A stretch of DNA of 20,962 nt from Promethearchaeota archaeon (GCA_011364975.1 RDOE01000055.1:1-20962), one strand, 5' to 3'. Counted from the stretch's first letter, positions 7,769 through 16,956 are shown. Notes: a model not told the origin generated them from the letters alone. Numbers and translations are program-made.

Positions 7769-8710
7769 TTAGCTATTTTTGACATTTTTCAATACAAAGA
7801 ATAGTGCTCCTAATTCACCAGTGATTGAAGTATTTGGAGGGACAAAATCATAACTTTGGTTATATACTGCCATCAATTCGAATCCACCAGCTTGAGCAAG
7901 CTTTTTAAATTCATCATAAATCCATAATCGAAGCTCATGTGCTTCTTGTACTACAAATTTTTGACCATTCTCCTCGACTACCATTTGAAAATCAACATGC
8001 CTTATACGATTCTCAATATCGTACCAATTAATTGCCCATGTAAGCTCAATTTCTAATCCATTTTCTTTTACATACCAAGTATCATCATATTTCTTTTCAT
8101 TCTTAATATCGTCGCATTTACAGCTAATTTCTACTATATATATGCCACCCTTTTTTATTGACTCTCCAGTTGCTTTAAAGTGCGAAATAATGTCTTCATC
8201 ATTTCTTAAGTAACCCAAACTATTTATACAAACGAAAGCAGCATCATATTTAGTCTCAAATATCATATCTTTCATATTTCCAACAACAGCATCGGATTCC
8301 ATATTCGAGATACCACATTTTCTTAAACGTTCTTTCGAATATTCAACCATAGCAGGGTTTAAATCATAACCTAGAGCAATATACCCAAATTTAGGTAATG
8401 CTTCTAAAAACATTCCCGGACCACACGCCGGTTCCATGACACGTTTCACAGCGATATCTGAATATAATTGAAAGCATTTTTGGAAAAAATTAATATCACT
8501 TATCACATCCCTTGTAAATGCCTTATCATAATACTTAGGAAAATCGTAGAAATGCTGGGTCTTAGGTTTCATATCTACAGCATAATTTTCTGAAATAGTC
8601 AAGTTTTCTTCAATAGCAGCATTAGCATTTTTATTTTGCGTTAAAATCAAATTCTTTTCATTCGAGTTCGTTAATGGTTTTTGGTGTATTGATTCTATAT
8701 TATTTATCAT
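7769..8710 (-). CDS. Class I SAM-dependent methyltransferase with beta-cap domain
   Basis: YDFPKYYD, VMEPACGPG, GYDLNPAMV, YDAAFVCINSLGYL, IKKGGIYIVE; GAGGT SD before ATG 8710. Confidence 0.9.
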   Translation of the reverse strand: MINNIESIHQKPLTNSNEKNLILTQNKNANAAIEENLTISENYAVDMKPKTQHFYDFPKYYDKAFTRDVISDINFFQKCFQLYSDIAVKRVMEPACGPGMFLEALPKFGYIALGYDLNPAMVEYSKERLRKCGISNMESDAVVGNMKDMIFETKYDAAFVCINSLGYLRNDEDIISHFKATGESIKKGGIYIVEISCKCDDIKNEKKYDDTWYVKENGLEIELTWAINWYDIENRIRHVDFQMVVEENGQKFVVQEAHELRLWIYDEFKKLAQAGGFELMAVYNQSYDFVPPNTSITGELGALFFVLKNVKNS

Positions 8711-9059
8711 TTTTATAACCTCAACTTATATATTTAATATGTCGATTAAATGTGCATATTATTCTTGTAATCATATTTTAATTAAAAGAAAGAAAGTTAT
8801 TTTTCCTTAGATTTTTGGAATTCCTAAATCCATTAATAAAATAAGATTTTTCTTATGTTTCTTATAAGTAGATTGAATCGTTTCAAATATATAAACTTTT
8901 TCTTGAAAAAGTAATAAAAGTTTTTAAGAACTTTATTTAAAAGGTTATTTTTTCAATAATGTTGGTATTATATCAACTAATACTATTTATTAATTAAATC
9001 ATTTAATTGGATTAATAGTACTTAGCATTAAATGACTTAATTTAAATAGAATTGGGAGT

Positions 9060-10457
9060 GTGATCTATATTTCTTCCCCCCCTAATAATACAGATAATCT
9101 AGATGATAGTGCCCTTAAAACCAAAACAATGCGAATTTCAATTGCTGAGGGAAGTTTTGGAGTATTTAGCAGTATTTTAGTTGACAATTACATCGTTCCC
9201 TTTTCACTCAGTATTAACTCCTCCCCATTTCAAGTTGGCCTTCTCACCTCATTGGGAAATTTAATCTCTCCCATGGGACAATTAATTGGAGCTTGTGGTA
9301 TCGAGAGAACTTCCCGAAAGTTTACTTTATTAAGTGGAATATTAGGTCAAGCTGCAGTGTGGCCGTTTTTCTTCATAATTGCTTTTCTATTTCAAATGGG
9401 AATGTTACAAGCATACCTTTCTTGGATTTTAATTGGATTCTTTTTAATATATATGTTAAGTGCAGGGATTATGAATCCTCCTTGGTTTTCAGTCATGGGC
9501 GATATCGTCCCAGAAAATTATAGAGGGAGATATTTTGCGAAGAGAAATTTAATTACTAATTCAATTGGTTTAATTGGGATATTATTATTATCTTTTTCTC
9601 TTGATTGGTTCAACCTTCAAGGGGCACTTCTAGTTGGATTTATGGTAATATTTATTCTTGGTTTAATTACACGATTAGTTTCAGCATTTCTTTTCACCCG
9701 CCAATATTACCCCTCATATAATTTTGAAAAAATAGATCACGTAAAAACAAGTCACTTTTTTAAAGAAATCCCTAAAAGTAATTTTGGGAAATTTACTCTT
9801 TTTGTATCGTTACTCATTTTTGGACAATGGATAGCAGGCCCTTTTTTCTCAGTATATATGCTAGATGAGTTACATTTTGATTATTCTATTTTTATCATTA
9901 TTAATTTATCCTCATCGTTAGTTGGACTTTTCATTTTTCCCATACTCGGTAGAGTTTCCGATAAATATGGAAATGTAATATTAATCAAACTTGGTGGAAT
10001 AATTATTCCTATTTTACCCCTCTTATGGTTATTTTTTAATACTCCATTAAGTATTATATTAGGACCTCAATTACTAGGAGGTATAGGATGGACAGCATTC
10101 AATTTAGCCACATCAAACTTCATTTTTGATAATATCGTCTCAAAAAAAAGAGGGAAATATATTGCCTTGTATAATTTGTTATTGGGAATAGCAATAACAA
10201 TGGGTGGTTTACTCGGAAGCGTTATAATTAGCTTTATTCCTATAGATTTCATGAATCAATATCACTTTTTATTTTTGCTTTCTGGAATTGTTCGTGTTAT
10301 TGTAGTAATTTTCTTTTGGCGAAAAATACAAGAAGTCAGAATAAAAGCAAAACCAATTTTCAATATTAAGAATTCAAGCATTTATAAATGGCTTTACGAT
10401 ATTACATTACGTAATAATCATAACGGAAAGAAAAACAAAGATAAAGTTGAAAATTAA
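9060..10457 (+). CDS. MFS transporter
   Basis: About 12 TM segments; MGDIVPENYRGRYFA and motif A-like GRVSDKYGN; GTG start; stop overlaps the convergent RING gene by 4 nt. Confidence 0.92.
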   Translation: MIYISSPPNNTDNLDDSALKTKTMRISIAEGSFGVFSSILVDNYIVPFSLSINSSPFQVGLLTSLGNLISPMGQLIGACGIERTSRKFTLLSGILGQAAVWPFFFIIAFLFQMGMLQAYLSWILIGFFLIYMLSAGIMNPPWFSVMGDIVPENYRGRYFAKRNLITNSIGLIGILLLSFSLDWFNLQGALLVGFMVIFILGLITRLVSAFLFTRQYYPSYNFEKIDHVKTSHFFKEIPKSNFGKFTLFVSLLIFGQWIAGPFFSVYMLDELHFDYSIFIIINLSSSLVGLFIFPILGRVSDKYGNVILIKLGGIIIPILPLLWLFFNTPLSIILGPQLLGGIGWTAFNLATSNFIFDNIVSKKRGKYIALYNLLLGIAITMGGLLGSVIISFIPIDFMNQYHFLFLLSGIVRVIVVIFFWRKIQEVRIKAKPIFNIKNSSIYKWLYDITLRNNHNGKKNKDKVEN

Positions 10458-10837
10458 GACCGAATAGTTAAAGAATTTTTTATTGAAAATGTTGTATTCG
10501 GTTTAATAAATGTATTTTGACATAAGGGGCAGGAATTATATTTTATTAACCAATTAGATACACACCTATAATGGTATTTACTTCCACAGAAAGAACATTC
10601 AATGGTATCAAATCGATTATTCCAGATGTATTTATGACAAACAACACACTGTACTTTATTTGTTTCGTGAATTTTCTCATTTTTCAATTTATGACCACAA
10701 TTTCGACAATAATTAATCTGTTCGTTGTTACTTCTCACAATTTTTATCCCACAATATGCGCAATAATTCATGATCCCTTCTTCTACCATTATCTCTTTTG
10801 CACTTAAAATTTCTTTTAGCTTTACTCTTATTACCAT
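10454..10837 (-). CDS. Double zinc-ribbon plus C4HC3 RING-finger protein (putative E3 ligase); true start may be ATG 10771
   Basis: CAYC..CRNC ribbon; CVVC-x13-CSFC-x4-H-x2-C-x3-W-x6-CPLC, with the RING Trp and CP.C. SD-like GAAGGGA precedes ATG 10771. Confidence 0.82.
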   Translation of the reverse strand: MVIRVKLKEILSAKEIMVEEGIMNYCAYCGIKIVRSNNEQINYCRNCGHKLKNEKIHETNKVQCVVCHKYIWNNRFDTIECSFCGSKYHYRCVSNWLIKYNSCPLCQNTFIKPNTTFSIKNSLTIRS

Positions 10838-11015
10838 AAGTTCTAAATTAGTAAAAAATGATTTCTAGTCCAATTTTTAATGATAAATTTACAGATATTT
10901 GGTTTATTCAATGATTTATTAAATTAGAATTACCTTGACTAACTTTTTTGCTAGGTTTTGTTAAAATTAGTTGTCAAAAATCTATATAAATTGAATGAGA
11001 TAATTAAGTCTTAAG

Positions 11016-11582
11016 GTGATAAAAATAGCAATTCAATCTGAAGATATTTTAATTCATGCTATTAGTCATAAAATTAGGAGAGAAATCTTGGAATTATTGG
11101 ATAATTCCCCTAAAAGCTTTTCTGAAGTTCTTAATTATTTTGATTTGTCCACAGGCAAGTTAGATTATCATTTAAAGCAAATAAAGGGATTTATTTTTAA
11201 AAATGAAACAAATAATTACGAACTTACATCTTTGGGACAAAAAGCGTTAGAAATATTAAGAATTATTAAAAAAGAAGTGGGATTTGAGGAACAACCCTAT
11301 TTAAAAGAAGCTTTTATTTCCCAAAAAAGTAGTTCATCCTCTATATTTAGCCAAGGAGTTAATCTTGGCATTGGAGGATTAGTTTTTATTACCGCAATAA
11401 CTATATTTTTGCTTATTGTTTTTTTAAATGTTGCGGATGCCCCCTTTTTTATTTGGCCAATAATAATTACTATGTTTTTAGGCGAGTTGTATGCGTTAAT
11501 CTGGCTCATCAGGTTAAGAAAACATGGTCCAGCATTCATAGAACGCCTTAATAAGCATCTTAAGGAAGAAAATTCAAACTGA
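11016..11582 (+). CDS. ArsR-like winged-HTH protein fused to a C-terminal two-TM hairpin
   Basis: ISHKIRREILELL...SFSEVL...STGKLDYHLKQIKGFI...YELTSLG, then two hydrophobic helices; GTG start. Confidence 0.85.
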   Translation: MIKIAIQSEDILIHAISHKIRREILELLDNSPKSFSEVLNYFDLSTGKLDYHLKQIKGFIFKNETNNYELTSLGQKALEILRIIKKEVGFEEQPYLKEAFISQKSSSSSIFSQGVNLGIGGLVFITAITIFLLIVFLNVADAPFFIWPIIITMFLGELYALIWLIRLRKHGPAFIERLNKHLKEENSN

Positions 11583-11599
11583 ATTTCACTTTTTTTTAT

Positions 11600-12451
11600 T
11601 TATTTAAGATACTTTTCATTAATTGCATTAATTGCATTTAAAAGATTCTCCCAATTAGCTCCAGATAATCCACCTTCCGGCTCAAAAGTAAGAATTCCCT
11701 TGTATCTCCATTGCTTTAGAATAAGTTCCAATGCCTCTTCCACAGTAAAGGGTGAATTTTTCAATTTCCATTGATCATCTTCTAATTCGCCTCTAATATG
11801 CACATTAGCTATTTTTTTTTTTATTTTTGAAAATTTTTTTAACTCATCATATAATGCACACCATCTTAAATCTAAGGTAATCCATTTAAAGTCTTTGATT
11901 AACTCAAATGGTGTGAAATTTGGCATGCTAGTAGGAATATTCTCAACACTCAAAATGAGATGTGGAAATTCTGCTGAAATTTTATAAATAGTTTCTTTTA
12001 GGAGGGATAAATTTAATGTTTTACTTTTAGTATCCCATATATGAAACACGCAGAGTTTAGCTTTTAATAGTTCTGCTAAACTGGCAGACTCCTTAAGCAA
12101 AACTCTGCCATTCTTAAGATTTTCACGACTTTCTGAACATAATAGTAGCCCAATATCTCTATTTCCATGAATCGATAATATTGGAACGCTTAAATTGTTA
12201 AGTTTATTACCAATTTCTTTAACATCATATTTTAAACTATCTTTCCAATTGCTTAATCGACTATAACGTGGATCATCATCTTCAGGTGGATGTCTTCTAT
12301 TCCATTCTGCTAAATATTGAAACTCGAATCCTTGGATGATAGAGAAATTCCATAACTTTAGCATAACCTCTAATGTTTTATCCAAATCGAAATAATTACT
12401 ATTAATAATTCGGGTAAGAGGAGACGTAGAAAAGGATAATTTATTTTTCAT
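11600..12451 (-). CDS. Sugar phosphate isomerase/epimerase / AP endonuclease family 2 TIM-barrel protein
   Basis: ILSIHG, VFHIW, LSVENIP, ITLDL, NVHIR, LTFEP metal-ligand pattern; GGAGGA SD. Confidence 0.8.
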   Translation of the reverse strand: MKNKLSFSTSPLTRIINSNYFDLDKTLEVMLKLWNFSIIQGFEFQYLAEWNRRHPPEDDDPRYSRLSNWKDSLKYDVKEIGNKLNNLSVPILSIHGNRDIGLLLCSESRENLKNGRVLLKESASLAELLKAKLCVFHIWDTKSKTLNLSLLKETIYKISAEFPHLILSVENIPTSMPNFTPFELIKDFKWITLDLRWCALYDELKKFSKIKKKIANVHIRGELEDDQWKLKNSPFTVEEALELILKQWRYKGILTFEPEGGLSGANWENLLNAINAINEKYLK

Positions 12452-12492
12452 GATCCTCCAAAGAATAATATAATTTTGATTTAGGGATATAT

Positions 12493-12660
12493 TTAACTAC
12501 CGAAGTTCTCATTAATAATGTCTTCCAAAAATTTTAATTCTACAGGATTATGAGATTTAATCTTTTTCATTAGCGTTCCAGCTAGTTGATTAATAGGATC
12601 AATTTTTTACCACTAATTGCAAAATTTCAAAGCATTTCCATAAAATTCTAGATTAATTGA
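12493..12660 (-). pseudogene. Decayed TPR-like gene fragment
   Basis: One frame reads NLEFYGNALKFCN*W*KIDPINQLAGTLMKKIKSHNPVELKFLEDIINENFGS*, with TPR spacing (Y..A, then 12 residues to the P of DP.N..A) interrupted by two stops. Confidence 0.4.
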
Positions 12661-12684
12661 TATTTATTCTTGCTTCTACTTGCA

Positions 12685-13704
12685 TTATAGATTTAAGATT
12701 TCGATAATTTCCAATCCATCCTCCATATCTGCAACATAAGCAATGTTCCCATCAACCATAACGTCGTAAGCGTGTCCTCCATCGAAGTAGTGACCAGTTT
12801 TAATTGGATTAGATGGATCACTTATATCAATTATATTTAACCCCATTTCATAATCTGCTAAAAATGCATAATTTTCTTGGATGCATGACGCAAAAATTGC
12901 ACCTCCATCATGATGATATCCTACTTGAATTATATGAGATGGATCGGAAATATCAAGAATGTGTAATCCGCCTCCATTCATCGCATGGTTGCAAACATAT
13001 ACATAATCGTCTTTAACAAAAGGATTCCAGTAATCAACATCCATAGGAGCATGATTTCCAACTTGAATCGGATGGTAAGGGTCACTCACATCAACAATTC
13101 TTAAACTACTATACGTAGAAAGATGATCTACTATATAGGCTCTATTATTAAGGATGTAAAGCTGACTACATGCTCCAGAGGTCGCAAATCGTGCTAATTC
13201 TCTAATATCATGATAATCACTAATGTTTAAAATAACTAATCCTCTTGACCAATCAGCTATATAAGCAATTTCCCCTACGATTTGCACATCATAAACAGCA
13301 CCACTGCTTGTAAACTGATCCAATTTAATGGGATTTGAAGGGACACTCACATTAATAACCTCTAATCCAATGTTCGGGTTAGCTAAAAAAGCAGTCTCTC
13401 CCACTACATCTACCTTAATTGGAAATCCTCCATCATAGAAGAACCCTAACTTGGCAGGATGGCGGGGATCACTAATATTAATAATTACTAAACCTCCTGG
13501 ATTCTGTTCTGCTCTATCTACTAAATATGCTATATCCCCTTCAATATCTAGATCGTATGCAAACCCACCAGTATCTAATTGTCCTAATTCGACTGTGTTA
13601 AATGGAAGATATTTCGAGAAAAAGATTAGAGGGAGTATGATAGCGGCACTTGCTATAAAACAGATAGAGACAATTAGCAGTACTTTTTTACGGTTAATTA
13701 GCAA
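12685..13704 (-). CDS. LVIVD-repeat (beta-propeller) surface protein with N-terminal signal/TM anchor
   Basis: About 7 repeats of V.V.G..AYxAD...GL.I.DISDP..P...G; N-terminal RKK plus hydrophobic helix; TTG start. Confidence 0.9.
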   Translation of the reverse strand: MLINRKKVLLIVSICFIASAAIILPLIFFSKYLPFNTVELGQLDTGGFAYDLDIEGDIAYLVDRAEQNPGGLVIINISDPRHPAKLGFFYDGGFPIKVDVVGETAFLANPNIGLEVINVSVPSNPIKLDQFTSSGAVYDVQIVGEIAYIADWSRGLVILNISDYHDIRELARFATSGACSQLYILNNRAYIVDHLSTYSSLRIVDVSDPYHPIQVGNHAPMDVDYWNPFVKDDYVYVCNHAMNGGGLHILDISDPSHIIQVGYHHDGGAIFASCIQENYAFLADYEMGLNIIDISDPSNPIKTGHYFDGGHAYDVMVDGNIAYVADMEDGLEIIEILNL

Positions 13705-13807
13705 GATAATCTCTTTTTAGAGTATAAACTATAATTCTAGTTCAATTTGTCAATTAAAATAGATTTCGAAAATAAAGCTAATTAAAAAGGTTGATTTAAA
13801 AAATAGG

Positions 13808-14437
13808 TTATTTCATTTCATATTTTGTAATTATCATTTTAGTTAAACTCTCAAAAGCATTCTCGAGATTCGCGCCCGTAAGAATATCGCATTCAAAATA
13901 ACCATTTAATTCTTCAGAGGCTACAAAATCTAACCCTTCCTCTTTAGTTACTTGGCGGGTATCATTTAAATCATCACTACTACCCAACAAAATAATGGGA
14001 ACATTATCGGTATTATCCCTTATGATTTGAACCCATCTAGATAGTTTATGTAATGTTTCTGAATCTGAAATTTCAAACATTAATATCGCTCCCAATGCTC
14101 CTCTACAGTAGTAAGGAATCATTTGTCTCCATCGTTCTTCAGATGCTAAATCCCATATCTGCAATTTAATATTAATATCTTCTATTTTTATCTCTTTTAT
14201 CCCAAAGCTTATACCAATTGATAACTTTGTATTAGCTTTAAACCATGAGTTTCCAAACTTCTCTAAATAATCAAACTTACCTAAATTGCTATGCCCCAGT
14301 AATATAACTTTAAATGAAAAATGAGGTTCAAAATATTCTTCCGTCTTTCTTTTTGGTAGGAACGAAGGCTCCTTACTTATGATTGATAAATCCTCATTTA
14401 TTCTTCTTTTACTTCTTTTTCTTTTAAATAATCCCAA
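13808..14437 (-). CDS. Rab-like pseudo-GTPase with N-terminal MG plus polybasic extension
   Basis: Rab-family scaffold (KLQIWD, YYCRGA), but G1 GHSNLGKF, G2 S, G3 DLAS, G4 SSDD and G5 CDIL are all degenerate. TTG start; an in-frame stop lies 8 codons upstream. Confidence 0.85.
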   Translation of the reverse strand: MGLFKRKRSKRRINEDLSIISKEPSFLPKRKTEEYFEPHFSFKVILLGHSNLGKFDYLEKFGNSWFKANTKLSIGISFGIKEIKIEDINIKLQIWDLASEERWRQMIPYYCRGALGAILMFEISDSETLHKLSRWVQIIRDNTDNVPIILLGSSDDLNDTRQVTKEEGLDFVASEELNGYFECDILTGANLENAFESLTKMIITKYEMK

Positions 14438-14547
14438 AGCAGTTTTAGTCCTTGATTTTTAAATTAGTTCCTGTTATAAAATTAGAACTTATATTATATA
14501 ATAGAGAAGGGCAATATAAAATAAATAGCAATCCGGGTATTTTATAA

Positions 14548-15063
14548 TTATCGTATTCTATCTAACATCAGTTTGGTTAAAATTTTAAAACACTCTTCTA
14601 CATTCTCTCCCGTTTTACTGGAACATTCTATAAAGCCATCTAAACCCATAGATTTCGCAACCCTTTTTCCTTCTTCATAAGAAATTTCTCTAATTACTTC
14701 TAAATCTAATTTACCTCCAATTAAAAGGATCGGCATTTGCTCTCTAGCGCCATTCATAACAGTTAACCAATCGCTGAGGTGCACAAAAGAGGAATCTTCT
14801 GTAATATCATACATTAAAATTCCTCCCTTTGCTCCCGATATATATCGAGGAAAGATAAACCGAAATCGTTCTTCACCGCCAAAATCCCATATCATCAGCT
14901 TTACTCGCGATCCGTCAATTTTTAGATCCTTCGTCTCAAAATCAACTCCTATTGTCATGTGTAAGCCTGGAAGATAAAGTTCAGTTATGAATCTTTTGGC
15001 TAAGGTTGTTTTACCACAACCAGCATCACCAAAGATTACTACTTTGAAAATAGCGTCGTACAT
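14548..15063 (-). CDS. Rab-like small GTPase (Ras superfamily), no prenylation tail
   Basis: G1 GDAGCGKT, G2/RabF1 TIGVDF, G3 WDFGGEERF, G4 GGKLD, G5 CSSK. Confidence 0.95.
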   Translation of the reverse strand: MYDAIFKVVIFGDAGCGKTTLAKRFITELYLPGLHMTIGVDFETKDLKIDGSRVKLMIWDFGGEERFRFIFPRYISGAKGGILMYDITEDSSFVHLSDWLTVMNGAREQMPILLIGGKLDLEVIREISYEEGKRVAKSMGLDGFIECSSKTGENVEECFKILTKLMLDRIR

Positions 15064-15152
15064 GTTATTCTTTTTCCAATAATATTTTTTTTACTTCGGA
15101 ATATTGTTATTTGTATTATTATTAAACGAGATCATCTCTAATCTGCATCATT

Positions 15153-15217
15153 CCAATAAATCTTTAATTGGCACTTGAATATCCTTATGCTCTTAAATAC
15201 GCCTTTTTTGTATAAAA
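15153..15217 (-). promoter_or_regulatory. Conserved leader element, copy 1 (CCAA-N11-TTGG dyad plus ACGCC-T-rich block)
   Basis: 15153-15175 matches 20902-20924 at 17/23; 15199-15217 matches 20941-20959 at 17/19. Confidence 0.65.
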
Positions 15218-15246
15218 ATAATACAACCTAAAAAGAAATAATCTTT

Positions 15247-15263
15247 ATATTTAAATCTTTTCC
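15247..15263 (-). promoter_or_regulatory. Candidate BRE-TATA promoter for the 14548..15063 GTPase
   Basis: Minus strand GGAAAAGATTTAAATAT: purine-rich BRE followed by TTTAAATA; implies a leader of roughly 160 nt. Confidence 0.45.
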
Positions 15264-15394
15264 ATCTAATTAATTGGTTTTTCATTTTTTCCACGTAAGT
15301 TAACTGAAAAGTATAACTTTAGGATAAATTTAATTGCTATTCCATTTTGTCCCATGAATTTAAGGAATAAATTAATAAAATATTTATAATAATT

Positions 15395-15922
15395 TTAAAT
15401 CCATGAGCTTCTGTTATTTTTTAACATAATTTGTGCTAATTCTTGAAAAATAACATCTACATTTTGCCCTGTTTTACTTGAACTCTCTAAAAATGCATTT
15501 AATTCATGTTCTTCCATCAATTTTTTTCCTTCCTTAGTGGATACTTCACGATAAGCCTCTAAATCCATTTTGCCTCCAACTAACATAATTGGAAATGATT
15601 CAGAGGATTCCTTAATAACTGCTAACCACTCATCAATATGAAGTGTCGAAGCTAAGTTTGTAATATCATACATAAATATACCCCCATGAGCTCCTTTTAC
15701 ATATCTTGGAAGGAAAAATCTAAATCTCTCCTCTCCGCCAAAATCCCAAATCTGTAATTTCACGCTCTTATTATCTACGGTCAGCACCTTTACTTGTAAG
15801 TCGACACCTATAGTCATTTGAGTATCTGAAATAAATTTATTCGTCATGAATCTTTTTGCTAAGGTGGTTTTACCACAGCCAGCGTCACCGAAGATAACAA
15901 TTTTGAAGATTGCATCAAACAT
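15395..15922 (-). CDS. Rab-like small GTPase, no prenylation tail
   Basis: GDAGCGKT, TIGVDL, KLQIWDFGGEERF, GGKMD, SSSK. Confidence 0.95.
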   Translation of the reverse strand: MFDAIFKIVIFGDAGCGKTTLAKRFMTNKFISDTQMTIGVDLQVKVLTVDNKSVKLQIWDFGGEERFRFFLPRYVKGAHGGIFMYDITNLASTLHIDEWLAVIKESSESFPIMLVGGKMDLEAYREVSTKEGKKLMEEHELNAFLESSSKTGQNVDVIFQELAQIMLKNNRSSWI

Positions 15923-16155
15923 GATATCTCTTAGAGAATTAATTTAAAGATATTTAATATAACTTATAAACAGAACGTTATTATTAAAAATTATTTTTAT
16001 TTTTCATCACTTTCTTATTTAGCGAGTTAGTTCTAATACACTTACTAATAGATAAAAAGCAAAAGAAAATTAAAAGATAATATTGAATATATATAAAAAA
16101 ATGATTTTGGAGAAAATGTAGGAAAAAATCAATCTAAACAGCTTAAATTATTTCT

Positions 16156-16956
16156 TTAAAACCAATCTCTATTGATGAAAGCATAAGGGGCAAAATCCTT
16201 TTCTTCAACTTGTGCTAAGATTTTCCCTTTAACCATGGTGTTGGTACCCTTTGAATAAACACCCCCCAATATTCTAATAATTTCTACTTCTTCCCAAGGG
16301 TCATGAACAGATGACTTCAAATTAATATTACCCTCTCCAACTTCAATCACTTCTGAGCGATACTGGGTTATAACTTCAGTTAACCAAGGTTTATAATCAA
16401 ATCCTTTTCCATTAGGGGCTGGAAATCTTTTGAAATTAAAAGCTCTGGCATCAGGATTTAAAGCATCGACTTCCTGTAATTTTTGGTCAATATCTTCCGC
16501 ATTAGGTTTTCCTGTTAATTTAATAGATAATTCAATGTTTCTAGTATCATGTCGTTCTGACCATCCGTTAATCACATTTCCTTCATATTTATAGTAAATA
16601 TTAGCTAATTTTTTAGGAAATCCCCATAATTCACGCCCATATATCTGTCCCATATCTCTTCCGGGACCATCTAAATGCATTGCTAGGCAATAATTTCCAA
16701 ATTTTCCATCATATTCCGCCCGAATGAATATTGCTGATTCGGAATACCCATAAGTGAAATTAGTATCAGCCCATTGACCTACAAAAGCTGTAGCAAGAGG
16801 AAATTTAGGAGGTTTGAGGGGTTTAGGGAGTAATTTTTCCACCACATTGAATGATGTTTCCCAGAACACACTTGCAGTTTCGGCTTCATAAAAAATTAGT
16901 TTTTGTTCTTTTTTTACTCTATCTTTTATTTCTTGGGGGGTTTTAACAAATGACAT
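16156..16956 (-). CDS. Acetoacetate decarboxylase-like (ADC family) protein
   Basis: VEKLLPKPL, YSESAI, Schiff-base Lys motif GRELWGFPKK, HDPW. Confidence 0.9.
   Translation of the reverse strand: MSFVKTPQEIKDRVKKEQKLIFYEAETASVFWETSFNVVEKLLPKPLKPPKFPLATAFVGQWADTNFTYGYSESAIFIRAEYDGKFGNYCLAMHLDGPGRDMGQIYGRELWGFPKKLANIYYKYEGNVINGWSERHDTRNIELSIKLTGKPNAEDIDQKLQEVDALNPDARAFNFKRFPAPNGKGFDYKPWLTEVITQYRSEVIEVGEGNINLKSSVHDPWEEVEIIRILGGVYSKGTNTMVKGKILAQVEEKDFAPYAFINRDWF

Noticed and set aside
9293-11539. ORFs 9293..9523, 10067..10252, 10571..10807 and 11297..11539
   Set aside because: All are nested in or antisense to the well-supported MFS, RING and wHTH genes.
12813-13720. ORFs 12813..13016 and 13451..13720
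   Set aside because: Antisense shadows of the LVIVD gene.
15148-15174. Putative uORF GTG-PIKDLLE-TGA with SD-like AAGGA in the Rab leader
   Set aside because: Not preserved as an ORF in the paralogous leader at 20896-20959, so the conservation is better explained as non-coding.
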